Both the position numbers and the translations under genes were made by a program. From positions 2,465 to 66,464 of the IMG/VR virus record IMGVR_UViG_3300046167_000417: a stretch of 64,000 nucleotides of DNA; one strand, written 5' to 3'. This DNA is from a virus. Shown one piece after another: positions 42,431 through 49,804 of this stretch (position 1 is the first letter of the stretch; every line of letters begins with the position of its first letter). A model generated the notes under the pieces. That model worked only from the letters and a program-made list of their open reading frames with translations, did no database searches and was not told the DNA's origin.

Positions 42431-42511
42431 AACTAGGTCAGGTTAGAGACGCAAGACAGGCTTCGCGACTCGGGCTACCGACGGGTATGAGGTTCGAATC
42501 CTCACTAGTTA
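42431..42511 (+). ncRNA. tRNA-like element 3
   Basis: AACTAG/CTAGTT stem, TGAGG-TTCGAAT-CCTCA, then A-CTAA. Confidence 0.65.
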
Positions 42512-42515
42512 CTAA

Positions 42516-42599
42516 GCCCAGCGAATAAATAACAAACCTGCGTACTGGTTGAGTGTAACTAAATCAAGGTACCGGAGAGCGGTTAGGAAATGACTGGGT
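42516..42599 (+). ncRNA. Structured RNA between tRNA-like elements 3 and 4
   Basis: CCCAG/CTGGG closing stem; internal AACC/GGTT, GTAC/GTAC, TGGTT/AATCA pairings. Confidence 0.5.
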
Positions 42600-42600
42600 A

Positions 42601-42665
42601 GGACGTGAATGGTTAAACGTTATACAATATGTATTGTAGTGCGGGTTCGATTCCCGCCACGTCCA
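42601..42665 (+). ncRNA. tRNA-like element 4
   Basis: Perfect GGACGTG/CACGTCC stem, GCGGG-TTCGATT-CCCGC, A-CTAA; no D stem or canonical anticodon loop. Confidence 0.75.
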
Positions 42666-42671
42666 CTAATT

Positions 42672-42704
42672 ACAAATTAAATACGAATAAAAACTGATAA
42701 TATA
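42672..42704 (+). promoter_or_regulatory. Early-region motif copy 6
   Basis: ACA-aatt-AAATAC-N11-GATAATATA. Confidence 0.75.
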
Positions 42705-42713
42705 ATAAAACAA

Positions 42714-42953
42714 ATGGCAGAATTAAAAACAATTTACGACGAGCTTTTACCAAATGTAAAGCTAAAATTAAGAGCTAGCGCTAGAGAATACGCTACAGCT
42801 AAAAGATTAAAATATACATTAATGTCTAAGTACCTATGGTCACACTTAACAATTGACGAGGTTAGAGATCTATTGACATATGGTGGAGTTAACAGCTGGG
42901 AGTTAGACTCTTTTAGTTTCATGTATGGTGATAAAATTATAGATAAAAACTAA
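42714..42953 (+). CDS. Hypothetical protein
   Basis: ORF of 79 aa. Confidence 0.65.
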   Translation: MAELKTIYDELLPNVKLKLRASAREYATAKRLKYTLMSKYLWSHLTIDEVRDLLTYGGVNSWELDSFSFMYGDKIIDKN

Positions 42954-43192
42954 TGGAACAGGTGTTTAAATTAACGAAAAGCGACTTAAGTGAAAGAGCT
43001 TCTAACAAAGCTTTTGCTAAAGTTGCTATGCTAAAATTCGAAATAGACGGTTTAGCAAACGACATAAAGTCGGGAAATACAGGTGGTATAACAATGGAAG
43101 AGCTATGTATGGTGTACGAGAGTACTAAAGTAGAATTACAAGTATGGAATTACTTATCAGAATTAATAGAAAAAAACAATAAATTAACATGA
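42953..43192 (+). CDS. Hypothetical protein
   Basis: Translationally coupled ORF. Confidence 0.65.
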   Translation: MEQVFKLTKSDLSERASNKAFAKVAMLKFEIDGLANDIKSGNTGGITMEELCMVYESTKVELQVWNYLSELIEKNNKLT

Positions 43193-43614
43193 GAGACTTA
43201 GAACAAGAGCATATGGACTGGAAACAGAGACGTGCAGAACTAGTAGATTTATTCGCTAAACGTATGTTTATAGAGTACGGCATCAAAGAAATGACTACTA
43301 AAAGACAAAAGAAAAATGGTACAAAACAGTTTGTTTTACCTAATGGTGATCAAATAGCTTCGTATAAAACCGGTTATGTAAGAAGATGTAACTCAAGCGA
43401 CAGAATATATCAGTTAAACAAGGTATATAAACGTGAAGAAAGATACACTGTTATAAATGGCGGTGAGCTAAAGACTATGAAATATATAGTGCATGCTAGA
43501 GAATTAATTAATGATCCACTTGCAAGACTTATGTATATAGTAGATTTTTGCAAAAGAAACTATGACATGAGAAACTTAACCATGTACGGTGGAGTATCAA
43601 TATGGAATTATTAA
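43189..43614 (+). CDS. Hypothetical protein
   Basis: Translationally coupled ORF. Confidence 0.65.
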   Translation: MRDLEQEHMDWKQRRAELVDLFAKRMFIEYGIKEMTTKRQKKNGTKQFVLPNGDQIASYKTGYVRRCNSSDRIYQLNKVYKREERYTVINGGELKTMKYIVHARELINDPLARLMYIVDFCKRNYDMRNLTMYGGVSIWNY

Positions 43615-43631
43615 CACTTTATTAAATAAAA

Positions 43632-43988
43632 ATGACTAAAATAGAATTACAAGAAAAAGTTGACAAACTAGAAACAACTTTAAACTCAGTAGAGTTAAAC
43701 GCAAAAGTACTAAAAGACGATCTAGCAGAAGCTCAGAGAAAACTAGCTGATGTTAGTAAACCTAAGCTTTATCCGTCTCAGATAGATGAATTAAGAGAAG
43801 CTGTACATCAAGCAGTACAACAGATAAGTTTTGATAACGTAGATTCTTACAGTTATGACTTTGAAATTGACTACGACAACCAACTAAGATTATCTAACAT
43901 AGAATTCGATGGTGAGTCTGACTTAGAGGAATGCATATGTGACTATGTAGAAGATTGTTTTAATGTAATAGATGCTGAAGATGAATAG
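43632..43988 (+). CDS. Coiled-coil protein with very acidic C-terminus
   Basis: ORF of 118 aa. Confidence 0.65.
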   Translation: MTKIELQEKVDKLETTLNSVELNAKVLKDDLAEAQRKLADVSKPKLYPSQIDELREAVHQAVQQISFDNVDSYSYDFEIDYDNQLRLSNIEFDGESDLEECICDYVEDCFNVIDAEDE

Positions 43989-44244
43989 TACTAAGCAAAA
44001 ATTACCTAAATGGTTTAACGGTGAATTATACACTGAAGGTGAAACTGTAGCAAACCCGTTTACAGGTGAAGAGATTGAGCTTACTAATGTTGAGCTCAGT
44101 CTTTATGACTTTATAATGGGTTGTAACATGCTATTTGAGTCATCTCCAAGAGTAATGACAAAAAAAAGAATAAACCAATTTGATAAAGCTCTAATTTGGT
44201 TTAGAATTAATAACCCACAAGCATACATGGTATTGCTTGACTAA
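43981..44244 (+). CDS. Hypothetical protein
   Basis: Likely start ATG 43981. Confidence 0.65.
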   Translation: MNSTKQKLPKWFNGELYTEGETVANPFTGEEIELTNVELSLYDFIMGCNMLFESSPRVMTKKRINQFDKALIWFRINNPQAYMVLLD

Positions 44245-44248
44245 AAAT

Positions 44249-44321
44249 TGCGCGGTAGAGCAGCAGGTAGCTCGCTAGCCTCATAAGCTAGAGGTCGGAG
44301 GTTCGAGTCCTCCCTGCGCAC
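44249..44321 (+). tRNA. tRNA-Met(CAT), partly initiator-like, CCA not encoded
   Basis: Full cloverleaf: TGCGCGG/CTGCGCA, GAGC/GCTC, CTAGC-CTCATAA-GCTAG, TTCGAGT T loop (one T-stem mismatch). Confidence 0.85.
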
Positions 44322-44342
44322 CTAATATTTAAATAACAAACA

Positions 44343-44783
44343 ATGAGTACAAGAAGTATAACAATGGTTGTAGACAGATCAGAAGCTGAAAACAACGAAC
44401 TAGGTTTTGCTTGTGAACCATCCTTATTGGCTGACAAAAGCTATGTAAATATGTATTTACACCACGACGGTTATCCCGAGTGGCATGGCGTTAATTTAGC
44501 TAGATGGGTAAATCACATGCAACAAGATCAAGGATTTACTAATTTTAATGACGCATCAAGAATAGCTGCACACTTAGTAAAAGACTTTCACTACAACAGT
44601 CAATATCTATACCCTAGCGTAGAAAGTATTGATCACATGTACACTTATATACTATGGACTGGTAAATCTGATGTATGGATAAGCTGCTTTAATAATTATG
44701 AGAACAAAAATGTATTTGTTTTACCTTCATATAATGTTGATGTAAGATATAATCAAGACATGGATTATAAGAAGTGGAGCTAA
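44343..44783 (+). CDS. Hypothetical phage protein (HxDGYP family)
   Basis: MSTRS...YLHHDGYPE motif. Confidence 0.7.
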   Translation: MSTRSITMVVDRSEAENNELGFACEPSLLADKSYVNMYLHHDGYPEWHGVNLARWVNHMQQDQGFTNFNDASRIAAHLVKDFHYNSQYLYPSVESIDHMYTYILWTGKSDVWISCFNNYENKNVFVLPSYNVDVRYNQDMDYKKWS

Positions 44784-44785
44784 AT

Positions 44786-44818
44786 ACATAAAAAATACGG
44801 ATGAAATCAGATAATATA
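44786..44818 (+). promoter_or_regulatory. Early-region motif copy 7
   Basis: ACA-taaa-AAATAC-N11-GATAATATA. Confidence 0.75.
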
Positions 44819-44821
44819 TAT

Positions 44822-45091
44822 ATGACAAACGAAGAGATTGAAAAATTAGCAAAGCTAGTTGCAAGATTGGTTATTGAAAATATGCCTGACATGAAAATAG
44901 AAATTGTAGACGACGAACAAGATTGGAAGTTTACATTAGATGATGAAGAAGAGGAAATTAGCCTATTAACCCAACTAGCTAAAGCTATGACAGAACTTGA
45001 CTTTAACTTAAAAAATGAAAATTATTTAAAATGTAAAGAACTGCAAGATCAAATTAAATCAATAGAAAAAAAACTTAAAAACAAAAAGTAA
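44822..45091 (+). CDS. Hypothetical protein with UvrB/C-like C-terminal coil
   Basis: ENYLKCKELQDQI; start moved downstream of motif copy 7. Confidence 0.55.
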   Translation: MTNEEIEKLAKLVARLVIENMPDMKIEIVDDEQDWKFTLDDEEEEISLLTQLAKAMTELDFNLKNENYLKCKELQDQIKSIEKKLKNKK

Positions 45092-45937
45092 ATGAAAATT
45101 AAACCAATGCTCGCATACAAAGTAGATGCAAAACCTATCGACTGGTCCGAGAATGTGTTTATGCAACCAAAACTTGACGGTGTAAGGTGTATAATACAGA
45201 CTGACGATCAAGGCAAAGTGATAGCTTATTCACGCACGGGTAAACCGTGGCTTAACATTAATCACATATTAAAAGATCTTAAACCTTTCTTCGATCAACA
45301 GCCAGACGTTATACTAGACGGTGAGCTGTATAATCATGATCTAAGAGATGATTTTGAACAAATAATATCATTAGTCAGAACTCAAAAACCAAGTCCTTAC
45401 GTGCGTTCTAAGTCTAAAAAATTAGTACAATTTCATTGTTACGATTATGCTAATGGTAGTGATAGTTATAAAACACGTATGGATAACCTAGCTGTAGCTA
45501 GTTTTTATTCTTATTGTGTAAAATATGTACCAACAAGCGTAGTTTATCACTATAATCACGCTCAATTAAAGCATGAAGCTTTTTTAGAACGAGGTTACGA
45601 AGGCTCTATACTGCGTTTAAATAAACCTTATGAACAAAAACGCTCTTATAGCTTACAAAAATTCAAGGATTTCCATGATGCTGAAGCTACAATAATTGGT
45701 TATGTTAAAGGTAAAGGTAAACGCACAGGAACGTTAGGTAAATTTATAATGAAAGATGATGAAGGTATAGAGTTCGGTTGCCCACCAGGTAAAGGATTCA
45801 ACTACAAAGATCTAACAAAAATACTTAACAATATTGATGACTATATAGGTCAACGTGCTACTTTTACTTATTTCGAACGTACTAAAGCTAATAGCTACAG
45901 GCATCCAATGTTTAAAACACTACGTAATTATGAGTAA
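45092..45937 (+). CDS. ATP-dependent DNA ligase
   Basis: KLDGVR, LDGELY, YEGSILR, KFKDF motifs. Confidence 0.92.
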   Translation: MKIKPMLAYKVDAKPIDWSENVFMQPKLDGVRCIIQTDDQGKVIAYSRTGKPWLNINHILKDLKPFFDQQPDVILDGELYNHDLRDDFEQIISLVRTQKPSPYVRSKSKKLVQFHCYDYANGSDSYKTRMDNLAVASFYSYCVKYVPTSVVYHYNHAQLKHEAFLERGYEGSILRLNKPYEQKRSYSLQKFKDFHDAEATIIGYVKGKGKRTGTLGKFIMKDDEGIEFGCPPGKGFNYKDLTKILNNIDDYIGQRATFTYFERTKANSYRHPMFKTLRNYE

Positions 45938-46037
45938 GTTAATATACCAATTATATAACGACAATATGATAAGCGAAGAAGTAGTACACTTATTATTAGA
46001 TAAATACTATAATAGACCAAATAAAAGAAGATATTAA
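45930..46037 (+). CDS. Small hypothetical protein (35 aa)
   Basis: Overlaps the ligase stop and abuts the next start. Confidence 0.5.
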   Translation: MSKLIYQLYNDNMISEEVVHLLLDKYYNRPNKRRY

Positions 46038-46534
46038 TGAATATATTTTATTTAGATGAAGATCCAGTGAAAGCAGCGAGCCATTTCTATGACAAACATA
46101 AAGTAAAAATGATATTAGAATCGGCTCAAATGCTTTGCACAGCGCATCACCATTATGCTGAACTTAACTACCCAATGGTTGAAGTTCCTTATAAAAAAGC
46201 GCATTATAATCATCCGTCTACTATATGGTGTAGACAAAACGCAGAGCAATACATGTGGTTGTATAATCACATGCTAGCTCTCGGTGAAGAATATACTAAA
46301 AGATACAAAAAAACACATTTAACTATAATAAAATGCAAAGAACCTTTAAAACATTTACCTCTAGGAATACCGGACAGTACTTTTACAGAACCTCCTCAAT
46401 GCATGCCAGACGAGTACAAGGTGCATGGAGATAGCGTCACAGGTTACTGGAATTATTACGAGGGTGAAAAACACACAGTAAGAAACAAAAATGAACAAAT
46501 AATAACAAGACCATATGCAAAGGAAATTATATAA
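46037..46534 (+). CDS. Pyrimidine-dimer DNA glycosylase/endonuclease V-like protein
   Basis: MNIFYLD...DKHKVKMILESAQML...HYNHPSTIW. Confidence 0.75.
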   Translation: MNIFYLDEDPVKAASHFYDKHKVKMILESAQMLCTAHHHYAELNYPMVEVPYKKAHYNHPSTIWCRQNAEQYMWLYNHMLALGEEYTKRYKKTHLTIIKCKEPLKHLPLGIPDSTFTEPPQCMPDEYKVHGDSVTGYWNYYEGEKHTVRNKNEQIITRPYAKEII

Positions 46535-46637
46535 ACACATGGAATCAAATGATTCCTTCGGAATTAGAACAAAAATTAAAAATTTTAGGAAACCTAAGAT
46601 GACAAAAGGGCCTAAAGATAATAAAGTAAGAGGCTAA
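46515..46637 (+). CDS. Small basic protein (40 aa)
   Basis: Fills the gap; stop overlaps the next ATG. Confidence 0.4.
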   Translation: MQRKLYKHMESNDSFGIRTKIKNFRKPKMTKGPKDNKVRG

Positions 46638-47266
46638 TGTCACAAGATAGAAACATGAAATGGTTAAATGATCGCAGGGTTTTGTATAGACGAGATCCAA
46701 TAAACGATAAGCCAACCAAAGAAACCGCTTTGTATAGCTACTATGAAAATGGTACATATGAATGTTATCACTTGTTTCGTAGCAAAGCAAAGATTACTAC
46801 TTATAGATCTTTAAAATGGCATTATTTAGTTTTGTACTATTTAAATCAAGACAGCGGCGGTGGATTGTTACCGTCGCATGTTTATGAGTTTATAGCAGAT
46901 AAAAATAATGGATTTGTAACGTTTTTTATAAGTGAAAAAAAGTTAAACGAAATGATAGATGATGTTTTTTTAATAGGTGGAGAACCACCAGTTAATAAGA
47001 AGCGTAAGATAATATTCAAGGAACATAGCGGTTTAACTCCTAACGAGAAGATGAGTATTGTAGGAAAATTAATAGGAAGATCAAGTAGAGTAGATGCAGA
47101 AGCTATATATCAAGCTATGTTAGATATATCTCACAGATATGAGAATATAACATGGTCAAAAATAGCAGGTATACTCGATTGTTCTACTAGAACAGTTCAA
47201 CGTAATTTAACAAAACAGTTAAGAGACGAAAAAGAAATATTAAACATGGAAAATGAAAAAATATAA
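46637..47266 (+). CDS. Protein with C-terminal HTH
   Basis: ITWSKIAGILDCSTRTVQRNL. Confidence 0.65.
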   Translation: MSQDRNMKWLNDRRVLYRRDPINDKPTKETALYSYYENGTYECYHLFRSKAKITTYRSLKWHYLVLYYLNQDSGGGLLPSHVYEFIADKNNGFVTFFISEKKLNEMIDDVFLIGGEPPVNKKRKIIFKEHSGLTPNEKMSIVGKLIGRSSRVDAEAIYQAMLDISHRYENITWSKIAGILDCSTRTVQRNLTKQLRDEKEILNMENEKI

Positions 47267-48014
47267 CATACAAAACTATATAAGATACAAAGAAGATGTT
47301 AAGACGTCTATAGCTAATCTAGAAGGTAAGTTTTACGATGAATACACGAGAAATGAACTTATAGTAAAGTTTATGCCTCTTGTAGAGAATTTAGCTCGTA
47401 AGTTTTCAACATCACAGCAAGCATCTGGTGTTTTAAGTATAAACGATTTACTTCAAATAGGTAATGAAGGATTAGTTAAAGCCGTAGATAAAATAGATTG
47501 GTCAATGATAGAAGAATCACCTGATGTTGAAAAAACACTAAAGTCTTTCTTATCAAAAAGAATCAAAGGTAATATAAGACGTAGGATAGACATAAACAGA
47601 GGTGATATAAGGATTCCAGAACACAAGATCAATGAAATGCGTAAGAATCCAAAAGACAAAAAGCTAGTAGAAATATTTTTTAATAGTATATTTATGTCTA
47701 TAGACGCTCAAGTTACTAATGATGATGAAGAAAACATGATATATCAAATAGCAGATAAATCTGAGCCTTATAATATTCAATTAATGAATATTTACTTAAA
47801 AGGTTTAATGAAAAAGCATTTAAATACCGAAGAGTACGAGGTGCTTAGATTGTCTTATGGTTTAGACTGTGATAAGTATTCTGCTAAAGAAATAGCTAAA
47901 GAATTAAATATAACAGGTGTAAGTGATTATGTGCGTGTTTCTGAGCTAAAAAAGAAAGCTGTACAGAAATTAATAGACAACGTAGATCACTCGCAAGTGC
48001 TTGATTATCTTTAA
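47253..48014 (+). CDS. Sigma-70 family RNA polymerase sigma factor
   Basis: Region 2 (PLVENLARKF...DLLQIGNEGLVKAVDK) and region 4 (VLRLSYGL...SAKEIAKEL). Confidence 0.85.
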   Translation: MKKYNIQNYIRYKEDVKTSIANLEGKFYDEYTRNELIVKFMPLVENLARKFSTSQQASGVLSINDLLQIGNEGLVKAVDKIDWSMIEESPDVEKTLKSFLSKRIKGNIRRRIDINRGDIRIPEHKINEMRKNPKDKKLVEIFFNSIFMSIDAQVTNDDEENMIYQIADKSEPYNIQLMNIYLKGLMKKHLNTEEYEVLRLSYGLDCDKYSAKEIAKELNITGVSDYVRVSELKKKAVQKLIDNVDHSQVLDYL

Positions 48015-48079
48015 CTTACTCATGTAAATGACTAAAACAACATGTAATTATATTAATAAGCAATTTAAAAAACAAACGA

Positions 48080-48634
48080 ATGAACATAAACGAAAAATTA
48101 GCGACAATTCAAACAAAATTTAAATCTAAAAAGTCTAGATTTAATTCCTTTGGCAAATACAACTTCAGATCAGCCGAAGACATTCTCGAAGCAACAAAAC
48201 CCTTTCTATTAGAGTTAGGAGTATCAGTAACGATCAATGAAGAAATTATAAGTGTTGATCCAGTACCTATGATGCAGTCTACTGCAAACGTAAGTGATGG
48301 TGAAAACAATATAAGTGCTACAGCAATTGTAGGTGTTGACTTAAATCAAAAAGGTATGAACGTACCTCAGCAATTTGGCTCAGCGTCTTCTTATGCAAAA
48401 AAGTATGCATTAGGTAATTTATTCTTGATTGATGATACAGCTGACAGTGATGCTACAAATGATCACGGCAAGAAGAAATTTACGCCAACAACAGGTAAAC
48501 CAACTTTAACATCAAAGAAAGATCCGGCTTATGAAAAAGCTGTTGAATACGTAGCTGCAGGCGGTAAAATAGAAGCAATAAAAGCTAAGTATGCTCTTTC
48601 TAAAGAAGTTGAAGGCGCATTAAATACACTATAA
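48080..48634 (+). CDS. ERF family ssDNA-annealing protein
   Basis: FGKYNFRSAEDIL, GSASSYAKKYAL, DDTADSD. Confidence 0.88.
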   Translation: MNINEKLATIQTKFKSKKSRFNSFGKYNFRSAEDILEATKPFLLELGVSVTINEEIISVDPVPMMQSTANVSDGENNISATAIVGVDLNQKGMNVPQQFGSASSYAKKYALGNLFLIDDTADSDATNDHGKKKFTPTTGKPTLTSKKDPAYEKAVEYVAAGGKIEAIKAKYALSKEVEGALNTL

Positions 48635-48637
48635 AAT

Positions 48638-49369
48638 ATGAATAAAGAAGAAGTAATTGAAAAGTTACGTGATGATGAGCATTACTATGGAAACTTTGGT
48701 AAAAAATACCTTAGTAACTCAGACATTAGTACTTTACTTACAAACCCTTTAGCACTAGGTAAAGCTTCTGAAGCTAGACCAGCTTTTTTAGTAGGTGGAT
48801 ATTTCCATACAGCTATTCTAGAACCTGATAAACTTAAAAAGTTTAAGATTATAGAAGCTACAACTAGAAATACTAAAGTGTATAAAGAGATGTCAGGTGG
48901 TGAATTATGTTTACTACAACACGAAGTTGACAATATAGAAAAACTAACAGATAAAATGTTATCTAATAAAATATGTTATGATCTTATAAGAAACGCAAAG
49001 TGTGAATATGAAGTACCTGGTGTTACAAAGCTTGAAGGCCATAATTGGAAAGGAAAAGCTGATATAATTAATCATGATGAAAAGCTGATAATAGATTTAA
49101 AAACTACAGCTGATCTTCAACAATTTAAATGGTCAGCCTCTAAGTACAATTACGATAGTCAAGCTTATATTTATAGCAAACTATTTGGTTATGAAATGTT
49201 ATTTATCGCTATAGATAAAAATACAGGTCAAATAGGTATTTTTGACTGCTCACCACAATTTTACGAACGAGGAAAGGACAAAGTCGAAAGAGCGGTACAG
49301 GCTTATGAATTATTTTATAAGTCTGAAGGTTTTGACCCAACTCAATATTTTATTAATAAAACATTATAA
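48638..49369 (+). CDS. PD-(D/E)XK exonuclease (RecE/exonuclease VIII-like)
   Basis: KGKADI...IDLKTT...YDSQAYIY. Confidence 0.8.
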   Translation: MNKEEVIEKLRDDEHYYGNFGKKYLSNSDISTLLTNPLALGKASEARPAFLVGGYFHTAILEPDKLKKFKIIEATTRNTKVYKEMSGGELCLLQHEVDNIEKLTDKMLSNKICYDLIRNAKCEYEVPGVTKLEGHNWKGKADIINHDEKLIIDLKTTADLQQFKWSASKYNYDSQAYIYSKLFGYEMLFIAIDKNTGQIGIFDCSPQFYERGKDKVERAVQAYELFYKSEGFDPTQYFINKTL

Positions 49370-49371
49370 TT

Positions 49372-49686
49372 ATGGCAAGTATCATTAAAGCAAGTATAAA
49401 TTTAAATAATATAGATAAATCTAAAATAATCGAAGGTAAAAAAGGTAAATATCTACCTATAACTATAACTTTAAACGATGAATTAGATCAATTTGGAAAC
49501 CAAGGACCTATCGTTGTTTCTCAAACAAAAGAGGAACGTGAAACAAAAACTGCTAAAACGTATTTAGGCAACGTACAAGTAGTTTGGACTAACGGCGATA
49601 ACGTGGCTGCAGCTCCTAGAGAAGACAATCCGCAGAGATCTCAAGCAGTACCAGCTGCTGAACCTGCAGACGATCTACCTTTCTAA
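49372..49686 (+). CDS. Putative single-stranded DNA-binding protein
   Basis: Acidic C-terminus DDLPF; position next to recombination genes. Confidence 0.7.
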   Translation: MASIIKASINLNNIDKSKIIEGKKGKYLPITITLNDELDQFGNQGPIVVSQTKEERETKTAKTYLGNVQVVWTNGDNVAAAPREDNPQRSQAVPAAEPADDLPF

Positions 49687-49787
49687 TGGATTTTTGCGAA
49701 ACGTGTGGGTGCGAAATGTCGCAGGAGGAGTATGACTTCTGCGATATATGCCCAGATTGTAGAGATGAATATCTACACGGAGATTAA
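49686..49787 (+). CDS. Small Cys-rich Zn-ribbon peptide (33 aa)
   Basis: CETC...CDICPDC; TAATG coupling. Confidence 0.5.
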   Translation: MDFCETCGCEMSQEEYDFCDICPDCRDEYLHGD

Positions 49788-49804
49788 CAATTAAATTAAA
49801 TTAA

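Noticed and set aside
42189-42665. tmRNA
   Set aside because: The mimics lack the G3-U70 alanine identity pair and CCA, and no acceptor stem encloses a tag reading frame
38709-44818. CRISPR array or mini-array interpretation of the repeated early motif
   Set aside because: Copies are gapped motifs hundreds to thousands of bases apart with genes between them; no cas genes seen
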